Below are positions 18,601 to 26,483 of a DNA stretch of 47,928 nt, piece after piece. Numbering within the stretch: position 1 is the stretch's first letter; each line of letters starts with the position of its first letter. The position numbers and the translations under genes are program-made. Where the stretch lies: the IMG/VR virus record IMGVR_UViG_3300020582_000001, positions 1-47,928 of that record; one strand, written 5' to 3'. The stretch is from a virus. The notes under the pieces were generated by a model that did not search any database, had not been told where the DNA came from, and saw nothing but the letters and a program-made list of their open reading frames with translations.

Positions 18601-19199
18601 ATCTAAGAACCGGAACCACTGGATTTACAGATTGGCAAACGATGGCTGGCGCTCCCCTCACTGGTGGCACCAACCCGGACGGTTCACCTGAGAGAGCTTG
18701 GAACCCTGGGCCGCAGAAGGAACCATTGCAAGTCGCAAGTGAATGGATGCAGGCCCCCCAAGTCCCACCGCCGTTCAGAGCCGCCATCGCTGTTAAGAAC
18801 TACGCCGAGAGTAAGTTGGGGCCGGCCCCTCAAACCCTCGTGGGGCTCGCCACCAGTAAGAACTACGCAAACATGGACCTTCGTGGAGCTTACCCGAATG
18901 GTGCCCTGCCAGGCTATTGGGATAGCTACGTCAAGTTCATGGAGGATCAGCTTACCTCCATTCAGTTGGAGAATGCTGCGGAACAGGGCACGAAGATCAC
19001 GCTGCCTGAGCGCATCATGGGGATCAGAGCCGCCAACAAGATGATGACCAACCCCGAAGATTTTAAACGCACAATGGATTGGGTGGACCAAAACAACCTG
19101 CGGCAAGCTCAGCACTTCGCTGGTACACAGAACGCTAAGCTGCTGGCACCTGACCCCACCATCCCACTCGTCCCGCTACACCAAAGGAAGTTGCGATGA
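15687..19199 (+). CDS. Internal virion/ejection protein with lytic transglycosylase domain (T7 gp16-like)
   Basis: 1170 aa. The SLT motif set lies at about nt 16300-16590: ..IFSEIESHGRN.. (catalytic E-S), ..TGPWQV.., ..AMAVAYNAGPGTADRW... It is the largest gene of the internal-protein trio. Confidence 0.8.
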   Translation: MADTMPPAPAPAVQDAAVAARVEGGHTWGDINNHVTQAAGAAVDAGYHPDTVAAYQGNAPASTAVENAETHHAVAAHSPPGDETKAMRFNYADAVLNGSVEGPTQFAKSWDAGKAAAAQSALGPRSTPAETVPSTEKVADFPKPQDITDTAISAVHDQGLPLTPNNINTAKQNLAKGWVNTGTPPAQIAQQAPDWVTKAPSAPVSDTVLGIFSEIESHGRNVPPRTIQGNGHTENVTGPWQVTDDTAKSYGADPAKLTDPAYNKQVAGTILTDLSRRYNGDLQAMAVAYNAGPGTADRWIRDGRDPSVLSQETQNYLKTLSTIAPGMGDLTQGHRDAVYDPLTSSGVPSEEPDLAAGWAALKGLPADIQKVIDDNSKPPEPTMGQEMEKTKPEDQDRSISIALGFAGAGPGKIAGDVLRAYMGPARAAAYDFSLAGKSAATDVVTEAQGLIKQKTAVAAAALEQYRSLINSKLVAYKQWIDLPNKGNQPVPEIQHLINYVEGIPGVQIGGGMKDLADAMRGIYHDTRTSIENTIPNMKSFVDDYYRHMWTDPVKATQAFAGRTGSSASLKLRTIPTLAEGILTHGLVPRILDPIENTLAYVHSMQSYLANHTVREIGASIGQVKYSTSGPPVGTNWVKLKGASSNTFQGQAYAPPGWARVYNSWVGRGVYDWSNPMWGKIYDKLLVASNTMTALKLGLSGYHAWNIAQETITSGLSKAFGNLEHGELGRGLAELGLTATVAPKIVKNLYRGRELRLAYLETAGAHPDDVALMKLAARSGVRVTKPAVYQGAGIPNYVKAYQAGSLKFQMKEQLSKLAGAPGETKLATGLLAPGRATEFFANQIGSTFSTIMSPLFDMAIPALKNAAWADEMEMYIRNNPNATMSELLAHGRPLSNHMDDVFGEMQQDNLYWARGFKQAMNLLTVSVGWEYGTLRAFGTGAKDIFGVDGLTPRSRWLIAFPIMNASIANTYQYLRTGTTGFTDWQTMAGAPLTGGTNPDGSPERAWNPGPQKEPLQVASEWMQAPQVPPPFRAAIAVKNYAESKLGPAPQTLVGLATSKNYANMDLRGAYPNGALPGYWDSYVKFMEDQLTSIQLENAAEQGTKITLPERIMGIRAANKMMTNPEDFKRTMDWVDQNNLRQAQHFAGTQNAKLLAPDPTIPLVPLHQRKLR

Positions 19200-19855
19200 G
19201 CTTTCCCAGCCTCGGCATGGTGGCTGAAATGATCGCTTCTAAGATCACGGCAGCCCCCAACAAAACCATTACCATTAGTGGGGATATATCTGGTTCTGGA
19301 ACATCCGCCATTACAGCTACCCTAGCAACGGTCAACTCAGATGTTGGAACCTTTGAGGGTATCACCGTCAATGGTAAGGGGCTCGTCACCGCAGCAGCAA
19401 CTAAGACTAACCTCCAGACCACACCCATCGCAACCTCAGTCGGTCTCACCACATCAAGCACCACCGGGGTAATGATGGGGCTCGCGAGTACGCCTACCTC
19501 GGGAGCGGGTAACGCGGCAGTCATTACCCCCGCAGCAACAGGCAACGTGATGGTGTCTATCGTATTGACCGGAGAGGTAGCGACGGGTACCGACTATGCA
19601 AATGCCCAGCTTGCCCACGGTACGGGCACCGTTCCTACTGCCGGACACACCCCTACTGGTACTACAATCTCTGGCGTGACCTGGGGTCAAACCAATGCTG
19701 CTGCTGATGTACCCTTCTTCCCTGTCACTCTAACCGGCATCATCAAGGGCGCTGCTATCGGCACCCAACTTTGGATAGATGTCGTATGGGCTAATGGCGT
19801 CGGTGCTAGAGCCATTACAGCCTACTCAATCTCTGTCTCAGCCTTTGAAATTTGA
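19196..19855 (+). CDS. Short tail fibre / fibre adaptor protein
   Basis: 219 aa, with ATGA overlap to the upstream gene. ..TLATVNSDVGTFEGITVNGKGLVTAA.. is the widespread phage tail-fibre motif (..G.y..vtV..KGrVt..). Confidence 0.65.
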   Translation: MSFPSLGMVAEMIASKITAAPNKTITISGDISGSGTSAITATLATVNSDVGTFEGITVNGKGLVTAAATKTNLQTTPIATSVGLTTSSTTGVMMGLASTPTSGAGNAAVITPAATGNVMVSIVLTGEVATGTDYANAQLAHGTGTVPTAGHTPTGTTISGVTWGQTNAAADVPFFPVTLTGIIKGAAIGTQLWIDVVWANGVGARAITAYSISVSAFEI

Positions 19856-19879
19856 ACCTCTGTGGAGTATAATCGACCG

Positions 19880-21721
19880 ATGCGCAAACTGATCCTAGCG
19901 GCGTGCTTGGCACTCGCATCCCTGACCCTCGGCCACGCTGCTCATGCTGGTTGTCCGGTTCCCAATCCTAATCTCCAAGCACCCCCGTTCTATGATGGGT
20001 GCATTGTCCCTGCTATCGCCCTTAATCGCTTAGGTGCTCCCGGTCCCGTCTTTTCCCCGCTGGCCTATGGTGCCAAATGCGATGGGGTGACTGACGACAC
20101 CACTGCGCTCAATGCTACTGGTGCAGCGGCAGTGGCGACTGGCGGCTCAATCGCATGGCCTGCCAAGACTTGCTATAGTGCGACGGGTGTTACCTTCGCC
20201 GGCCCAATCTCAATCCGAGGAACGTCGTTTGTCCCCAGCTTGGATAGCGGGTTGGTAGGCTCGGCTCTCGAATGTCCTAACACCATCACTGCATGCCTCA
20301 AGCTCACTGGTGGCACCGGCAACTTAAATGCCGTGTCGATCCGTGACCTGTTTGTGTACGGCAAAGGTACCACACCTACCTCTGGTTCGACTGGCATCTG
20401 GCAGGCGAATGGTGCGGTAGTTACGTGGCAGGATGTTGCCTCAGTCAATTGGGATACGTGCACTAAATTCAGTTCCGCTTCGTCGGCTGGCATCCGTATG
20501 TCGGGACAGAGTATCTACACCGGCGCTTGCTTCACTCATGCGTACACCATTGACGGCTGGCCTGAAATCCTAATCAATGGTGGCGCTGCGGATATTGAAG
20601 GTTCTAATTCTGTTGCAGCTACCGGGCAAAACGATTTTGTCTTCGGCACTAATACCGCCTGCACTACTGGTGGCTGCGGACCTAACACCATCAATTTTGA
20701 GAACTACAACTTCATCACTAATGGTGGGGTATCCTGCTTCTTCAATCTCGCGGGCAACCAGCATCCGACCGATGGTGTGGTCGCAGAATTTCGGTTCCTA
20801 GATGACCATGTTGAGTTTCACGATGCTGCAACCGCGCCAGCAGGATTAATCTGTACCGACAGCACTATTCCACTGTTGGCAAATTTGTATGTCACGAATA
20901 TGCTGACAGCTTCGTTCCAGGCTGGTGGTGCAGCGGGCTCCTATCTGCCTTTGTTCAGCCTGAACTCCAACACTGCCTTGAATGAAGTTCACTTCTCCAA
21001 CAACAGTTTTGACAACTGCACCTACAGTGGCGGCCCCAACATGGCCCTCATTGATCCGTCGCCCGCTTCGGGGGCAGCAGTTAGCAATACCCATTTCGAC
21101 AGCAATGATTTTTGTTCGGGGATCAGCGTTACCTCCAATGGCGTAGGCTCTAATAAGTTCCTTTCGACCGGTAACATTGGTGCTCTGTCTAATATCGCAG
21201 GCTCCTGGGCTGATTTTGAGAGCATGGGCGACGGGTTGCAGGCGGGCTTTACTGATACCGCAACCGGGCATGTGGCAATCGGTTCCTCATACATGAAAGC
21301 GTGGACGCCAGTTCTCCAGTTCTGCACAGGCAGTTCGTGCTCAGGTTCGGGCATCACCTACTCCACTGACAGCGGCTCCTATAGTCGTACCTCAGACGGT
21401 GGCTTCACGGAGACCTTCGCTATCGTGCTCTTGACGAACACCGCAGGCTCGGGCACGTCTACCGAAATTACCGGAGAGCCAGCGGGGCTTGCCTGCACGG
21501 CGGCGAACATTGGTAGCGGGTCAATCCCTTATGTGTCTGGCTTTGCCAGCGCTAGTATCTCTGTGCCACTACAACCGTATTGGAACCCCAATGTAAGCCC
21601 GGTTTCGATCGGGGTACAACAAGCCGCAGCGTCCGCTACCGGATATGCACCCATCCCCTATTCGGCATGGGTTACTGGTTCCACGATTTACGGTTCGATC
21701 CACTGCGCTCACACCACGTAA
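19880..21721 (+). CDS. Secreted right-handed beta-helix (pectate-lyase-like) polysaccharide depolymerase candidate
   Basis: ATG at 19880 lies 10 nt after GGAG (the track start GTG 19862 is also possible). N-terminus MRKLILAACLALASLTLGHAAHA/GCP is a classical Sec signal with an A-H-A cleavage site. ..PLAYGAKCDGVTDDTTALNATGAA.. matches the Pectate_lyase_3-type tailspike motif. Confidence 0.75.
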   Translation: MRKLILAACLALASLTLGHAAHAGCPVPNPNLQAPPFYDGCIVPAIALNRLGAPGPVFSPLAYGAKCDGVTDDTTALNATGAAAVATGGSIAWPAKTCYSATGVTFAGPISIRGTSFVPSLDSGLVGSALECPNTITACLKLTGGTGNLNAVSIRDLFVYGKGTTPTSGSTGIWQANGAVVTWQDVASVNWDTCTKFSSASSAGIRMSGQSIYTGACFTHAYTIDGWPEILINGGAADIEGSNSVAATGQNDFVFGTNTACTTGGCGPNTINFENYNFITNGGVSCFFNLAGNQHPTDGVVAEFRFLDDHVEFHDAATAPAGLICTDSTIPLLANLYVTNMLTASFQAGGAAGSYLPLFSLNSNTALNEVHFSNNSFDNCTYSGGPNMALIDPSPASGAAVSNTHFDSNDFCSGISVTSNGVGSNKFLSTGNIGALSNIAGSWADFESMGDGLQAGFTDTATGHVAIGSSYMKAWTPVLQFCTGSSCSGSGITYSTDSGSYSRTSDGGFTETFAIVLLTNTAGSGTSTEITGEPAGLACTAANIGSGSIPYVSGFASASISVPLQPYWNPNVSPVSIGVQQAAASATGYAPIPYSAWVTGSTIYGSIHCAHTT

Positions 21722-21730
21722 GGAACAATC

Positions 21731-22006
21731 ATGAAGTACCTAATCTATGCTACCGTTGCTGTTGCTCTCGCCATGCTATGTGCCTCCTGTCAGCCCGTCA
21801 ATGATGGGGCCTCTGGCATGAAGCTAATGGTGGCTGGTAATGCCTGTCACTTCGGCGACGTACCTGGTGGCGCTGGTGCAGTCCGCTCGATGCAGGCTTG
21901 CGTTGTAATCACCACGTCCGGGGCCACTAGCTCGGTTCCCACCACCACGACCACACCTACCACTACGGTTACGGTGCCGGTCTCTGCCGTGCCGAGCGTA
22001 CCATGA
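21731..22006 (+). CDS. Small exported protein / probable lipoprotein with Thr-Pro-rich tail (91 aa)
   Basis: MKYLIYATVAVALAMLCASCQPV.. is a signal sequence with an imperfect lipobox (CAS-C). The C-terminus is SSVPTTTTTPTTTVTVPVSAVPSVP. Its stop overlaps the next start (ATGA). Confidence 0.6.
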   Translation: MKYLIYATVAVALAMLCASCQPVNDGASGMKLMVAGNACHFGDVPGGAGAVRSMQACVVITTSGATSSVPTTTTTPTTTVTVPVSAVPSVP

Positions 22007-22251
22007 GCCGCGTTCTGGTTCTTCTAGGTCTACTGTTCTTACCTAGTTGTGTCGATATTAAGTCGATCCCGGATATGCCTGGTGATCGGTGTCATTCTGA
22101 TCTAAACTTTGCTTATTGTCATGTCGTCCTAAAGACTAAGGACGGACCACAAGAAGTGATCGTCAGTGGAAGCACCGTCCTATCAGCCTTCGGAGCAGGC
22201 ATCACCGACGTTGTTGGTGGGGCATCCGCTCACTCAACACTCGCCAAGTAG
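22003..22251 (+). CDS. Lipoprotein (82 aa), o-spanin candidate
   Basis: MSRVLVLLGLLFLPSCVDIK.. has a signal peptide plus lipobox (L-P-S-C). Confidence 0.6.
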   Translation: MSRVLVLLGLLFLPSCVDIKSIPDMPGDRCHSDLNFAYCHVVLKTKDGPQEVIVSGSTVLSAFGAGITDVVGGASAHSTLAK

Positions 22252-22261
22252 GAGACGAGCC

Positions 22262-22579
22262 GTGGACTTCCATACCCGCATCCTCGCTGAGACAGCGGTA
22301 GCCTTGGGAGTTCTCATGGGCTTCTTCTCCGTCATCCCAGCGATCGTTGCCACCATTGGCGGCATCCTCGGCATCACCTGGTACAGCATCCTCATCTTTG
22401 ATAGGATGGCCCAGGCTCGTGCCAAGATCGCCGCCTCTGCCCTCCATGCCGAAGCGAAGATTGCTGCCTCAGCAGTCCAAGCAGAAGCTAAGATTGCCGC
22501 GCAATCCACCGTTGCGGCAGCGGAACTTGAGGCAGCCAAGCTTGTACATGCTGCCAATGTTGCCACTAGTGGAGATTAA
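22262..22579 (+). CDS. Membrane protein with hydrophobic hairpin and repeat-containing helical tail (holin or i-spanin candidate)
   Basis: GTG at 22262 lies 8 nt after AGGAG (the track start 22166 overlaps the upstream gene). A stretch of about 36 hydrophobic residues (TAVALGVLMGFFSVIPAIVATIGGILGITWYSILIF) is followed by AKIAASALHAEAKIAASAVQAEAKIAAQS repeats. Confidence 0.55.
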   Translation: MDFHTRILAETAVALGVLMGFFSVIPAIVATIGGILGITWYSILIFDRMAQARAKIAASALHAEAKIAASAVQAEAKIAAQSTVAAAELEAAKLVHAANVATSGD

Positions 22580-22846
22580 ATGGAGAAACTTGTTCTGCAA
22601 ACCGCAGGATGGTGCGCGGCTACTTTGGTAGCTATCCTCGCCGTCGCTGCCAATCAGGACTGGAACCATGCTCACGGACGTATCGTCGGTGCCGGCATGT
22701 GCCTCGCAGTTCTACCCGCCGCGCTTACTACGTTCCCGACATTCACAACTGCTGGGGAGAAAGTCAACGCCGCCGTCTCAGCCGCTATCGTTGCTGCTGA
22801 TCCTAACACCCCGAAATCCACTATCACTGTTCGTGCAGGAGCATAA
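22580..22846 (+). CDS. Two-TM small membrane protein (holin/antiholin candidate)
   Basis: 88 aa. TM1 is AGWCAATLVAILAVAA and TM2 is IVGAGMCLAVLPAALTTF. The ATG directly follows the upstream TAA. Confidence 0.55.
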   Translation: MEKLVLQTAGWCAATLVAILAVAANQDWNHAHGRIVGAGMCLAVLPAALTTFPTFTTAGEKVNAAVSAAIVAADPNTPKSTITVRAGA

Positions 22847-22849
22847 ATC

Positions 22850-23122
22850 TTGAGCGCATCCGTTAATGTCGTCTTCGATGTTGTCAGCACCCCGGCAACA
22901 TCGGTAACTTTCACTCCCGCCTCTGGCCCGTTCGTGGCTCCCCTCGCCGATGGCACTGTGCTCGGCCAGCTTGCTGTCCTGCCGGCTACCTGGAATGGTA
23001 CGCTGACTATCAGTGGCACCAGCGCTGCCGATGTGTCGATCAATGGTTCCTTGCAGCTTGTGACTTCGGTTGCTAACCTGGCAGTCGGGGCCTACAGCGT
23101 CACCATTACCGCCAACCCGTAA
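22850..23122 (+). CDS. Small Ig-like/beta-sandwich protein (90 aa)
   Basis: TTG start 8 nt after AGGAG (22837-22841). Alternating beta pattern ..VTFTPASGPFVAPLADGTVLGQLAV..WNGTLTISG..AVGAYSVTITANP is typical of bacterial Ig-like domains. Confidence 0.55.
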   Translation: MSASVNVVFDVVSTPATSVTFTPASGPFVAPLADGTVLGQLAVLPATWNGTLTISGTSAADVSINGSLQLVTSVANLAVGAYSVTITANP

Positions 23123-23123
23123 G

Positions 23124-26100
23124 TTGACGGCTTCTGTCACGGTCAATTGGACCGTTGCTGCCTCAGGGGGTAACTCCCCTGATGGTAGCACCCTCATCGC
23201 CCCCGCTACGGGCTCCCTCACAACCTCGGATGGCACCTGGACATGGGGAGGGGCGTATCCTCCTGGCACCAGTGGGCCAGGCCAGTATTATATCCTACTG
23301 AATGGTTCCTCAGCTGCCAATGGTGCCGCTTCTGAATTGGAAGTAGATAATGGCGGGCAGATGTACGCCCTCAATTCTGCCTCTAATTCCTGGTACGTGT
23401 GGGATGAGGGCGGCTGGGCGGCCGCATCAAACCCTAATTCTGGTGGTTCGACAGGAGGCAACGCGGGCCTCAGCGGAGCTACCACTTTCCCAACCACAGT
23501 CTCGCTTCTGAACCTCACTGCCGGGATGCCGACCCAAACCTTTGGGCAGGTTTTCCATGACGGTGATGTGCCTGTTGGTAGTGTGCCCACACTCACCATC
23601 GGCGGCGTAGCACAACCCTTCTCTGCCGGGATGCAGGCGTATCATCCCAGCGGGTGCCTGCGCTTCTGTACTCTGGTGGTCAACCCCACGGTCAACGGCA
23701 ACGCTACCCTGACAATTGGTAGTGCTGCTGGCTCGTGGCCGGCTGCCTCGGGTCGCACTGCGGCTGACGTGTACGCGCAGAACCTCATGATTGAGGCTCC
23801 CCCACTCACTGGTATCACTGGTGGCATCGGGCAGACGCAGCCCACCACGGTTTTTGCCAGGGTTAATGGAGACGCAAACACCTTTAATGTCAGCAAGTGG
23901 TTCGACGGCCAGGCCGGTGCGGGCTTCAAGTTCTCCTGCAATATGGTGGATACCTCAGGTACGGCTCATCCCCAATTGAAGGCAGACTTATATGTGCAAG
24001 CTTTGGGGGCTGGCGCTTCTCCGCTCGGCTTCCGCTGGTCAGGATGCCTACGTGCACCGGACTTCACTGCCACCGGGGCACAGTACAACTTCTTCTTTGC
24101 ACCGCCCAATCCGAGCAACCCCACGGCTGGCCTGAACTGGTCCGCCAATGGAGTAGCACGCGCCCCAACATGGCCCTTTGCCCCTGCGACTGACGTTACA
24201 TCATCGGTTGCTTTCGTCGGCGTAGGTTCTGTAACCAACAACGTGCTGACGATCACCAACACCGAGAGCGGGTCGTTGGTGCAAGGCCAGCCTATCACTG
24301 CTACCGGCATTGGTGCTCTTAACGAAGGATGCTTCATTGACGCTATTCTGTCGAGCAACACTTACCAACTCGGCAATCTACCCGACGGCACCAATGTCCC
24401 AGCCGGCACGACGTTCTACACCCCTGGTGTGCTAACCACCACTCAGGGAGAAGCGTGGAGCACAGGGTCACAGAACCTTGTCCCGGTTCAACTCTCCGGT
24501 AGCGCTCTGCCCAACCCCCTAGCTTCGGGTCAAGTCTATTGGGGACAAATCAATGGGAACAGCCTCTCGCTGAATACTAATCCTGGAGGCGGGGGATCAT
24601 CACAGGTAACAACTGCTGGTGTCTTCACTGCTACCCCGGTCCCCGGCTTCGGATACTTTAATCGGCTCAGCCTAGCCGGCCCCGACGCCAAGTATATGTA
24701 CTTCCAAGGTGGTGGTACACAGGCATCGGAGACAGGTTCCAGAGCGCAGCAGAACCAACTCTATCTCCAGAGCAGTGGGATGATCCCGCCGTATGATCCT
24801 GCCCTGACTGGCACGAGCATGGGTGGCTCTCTCCCTGACACTACCTACCCCTTCCCCTGGAACCCCTACAACCAGGGCACTGTCCCCAACAACATCAACC
24901 AAGGGGGTGATGGTTCGTTCATTGGGGCATTGATGAACCAACAGGTCGTCGATTTTGAGAACCAGTCGGCACTGAGCGAGCAGCAAATCCGTATCCTCGG
25001 ATGGGCCGGTGGCTTGATGCCCTACGATCTTAAAGACCACACCCTCGGCACCGTGCTCAATATGACCGGCAATACCTACGCTGGTCTGCCCGCTTCCAAT
25101 CTTACTATCTCTTGGGATGGGGCAAACGCCAATGGGTTCACTATACCGGGACCGAGTGGAGCCAACGTCTCCGGGCCTATGGGGATGAATGCTGCTGACA
25201 GTTCCCACATGCCCTTCTTCTGCTTCTGGCCGTATTTGAGGACCGGGGAACTCCAGTTCTTCGACTACCTCGTGGACACGGCTTTGGGGGGTGCGCTTAT
25301 CGCCCAGCCAAATCGTAATCCACGAGTGGCCAATGGCGACAGCCCTTATGACCTAGATGGTGTTGCCCTATATGGCAGTGGGCAGTACCGTGGTCTAGGC
25401 TGGTCTAACCGAAACCTCCAATGTGCGGCGCTGCTTGCCCCCTACAATCCGACCACGCCGACAGCGCTTGACTTCGATGGCACCCAGCGGAGCAAGATGC
25501 TGAATGACGTAGCGGACTATGCGTCTAATATCCTCATCGACACATGGAACTACGGCAAGACCAACCCTGCTATCGGGTCGGTGCCCGCGTCCTTCGTCAC
25601 ACCGTACATGCAGTCGGCATCTATGTGGATGCAGTATAACTATGATATCCTCAGTGGTGGACCCGGCTACAATATCGGTCCATTTTGGGAACAGTGCTAC
25701 GTTGGGCTCGGCGAGTGCTATGCTGCGGCTCGTGGTAATACCAAGGCTGTTGAGTTCCTTAGTTTGCTGGGGGCTCGTGCGGCCTACGTTGGTCAAACCT
25801 ATGGCTTCTTTTCGCTCTACCACTATAATCAAGCCACCTGTCTTGACCAGCCTGCGGCCCCATACAACATCGGTGTGACCCCGATATCAGCGGACTATGA
25901 GTACACCATCAGCCAGATAAGCGCGGTTAATGGGAACCCCGCTGATCTTGGGTGGACTACGGGGGCAGGGCCAGCTTGCTTCTATCTCGACACGCAACCC
26001 AACAATGGGTATGTGCCGCAGAACGGGGATGTTATTACGCCATATGATGGCAATGGTGTGTTCCGACCCACGGAGATAGCAGACGCTCAGTTCTACCAAA

Positions 26101-26447
26101 TCGTTGACTTCACACTTACGCCAGCCGGCCCCAACTATGCTACCTTCGGGTTGGCATCCTACGGCTCGACTACTGCTATCCCCATCTCATCGGGGACTGG
26201 TTCAGAGATGGTATTCAACTACATGCCATCGAACCCAGGACCACAATTTACGTATCCCTACGCTGGTAACTTTGCATTCCAGGTTGGTGAATGCGCAGTG
26301 TGGGCGACCAAGATGGGCGCGGCGAATTGGGCAACCTGTATCGCCGACGAAGTAAGACGCAACCAGGGCCAAGGGTTCTCATTTGGTGGGACTGGTGATC
26401 CCTACAATACTGAGGACTATCGGTACATCGTCCTCATCCCGAACTAA
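23124..26447 (+). CDS. Large (about 1107 aa) terminal late protein, possible polysaccharide-degrading or host-recognition protein
   Basis: The uninterrupted ORF opens at 23070. The first start not overlapping the upstream CDS is TTG 23124, one nt after the TAA, and it has no SD. The central region (..SSHMPFFCFWPYLRTGELQFFDYLVDTA.., ..QYRGLGWSNRNLQCAALLAP..) is reminiscent of alpha/alpha-toroid lyases/hydrolases, but only weakly. Confidence 0.6.
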   Translation: MTASVTVNWTVAASGGNSPDGSTLIAPATGSLTTSDGTWTWGGAYPPGTSGPGQYYILLNGSSAANGAASELEVDNGGQMYALNSASNSWYVWDEGGWAAASNPNSGGSTGGNAGLSGATTFPTTVSLLNLTAGMPTQTFGQVFHDGDVPVGSVPTLTIGGVAQPFSAGMQAYHPSGCLRFCTLVVNPTVNGNATLTIGSAAGSWPAASGRTAADVYAQNLMIEAPPLTGITGGIGQTQPTTVFARVNGDANTFNVSKWFDGQAGAGFKFSCNMVDTSGTAHPQLKADLYVQALGAGASPLGFRWSGCLRAPDFTATGAQYNFFFAPPNPSNPTAGLNWSANGVARAPTWPFAPATDVTSSVAFVGVGSVTNNVLTITNTESGSLVQGQPITATGIGALNEGCFIDAILSSNTYQLGNLPDGTNVPAGTTFYTPGVLTTTQGEAWSTGSQNLVPVQLSGSALPNPLASGQVYWGQINGNSLSLNTNPGGGGSSQVTTAGVFTATPVPGFGYFNRLSLAGPDAKYMYFQGGGTQASETGSRAQQNQLYLQSSGMIPPYDPALTGTSMGGSLPDTTYPFPWNPYNQGTVPNNINQGGDGSFIGALMNQQVVDFENQSALSEQQIRILGWAGGLMPYDLKDHTLGTVLNMTGNTYAGLPASNLTISWDGANANGFTIPGPSGANVSGPMGMNAADSSHMPFFCFWPYLRTGELQFFDYLVDTALGGALIAQPNRNPRVANGDSPYDLDGVALYGSGQYRGLGWSNRNLQCAALLAPYNPTTPTALDFDGTQRSKMLNDVADYASNILIDTWNYGKTNPAIGSVPASFVTPYMQSASMWMQYNYDILSGGPGYNIGPFWEQCYVGLGECYAAARGNTKAVEFLSLLGARAAYVGQTYGFFSLYHYNQATCLDQPAAPYNIGVTPISADYEYTISQISAVNGNPADLGWTTGAGPACFYLDTQPNNGYVPQNGDVITPYDGNGVFRPTEIADAQFYQIVDFTLTPAGPNYATFGLASYGSTTAIPISSGTGSEMVFNYMPSNPGPQFTYPYAGNFAFQVGECAVWATKMGAANWATCIADEVRRNQGQGFSFGGTGDPYNTEDYRYIVLIPN

Positions 26448-26454
26448 AGGAAAA

Positions 26455-26476
26455 GCCCCTGGAAAAATCCAGGGGC
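26455..26476. terminator. Bidirectional rho-independent terminator between the convergent late (+) and early (-) arms
   Basis: An 8-bp stem gcccctgg/ccaggggc with a 6-nt loop. It is followed by ctctttctt on the plus strand and preceded by aaaggaaaa (a T-run on the minus strand). Confidence 0.8.
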
Positions 26477-26483
26477 CTCTTTC

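Noticed and set aside
23070-23123. ATG at 23070 as the start of the large terminal ORF
   Set aside because: It would overlap the preceding CDS by 53 nt in another frame and has no SD. I list TTG 23124 instead, but the start remains unresolved (see the junction finding).
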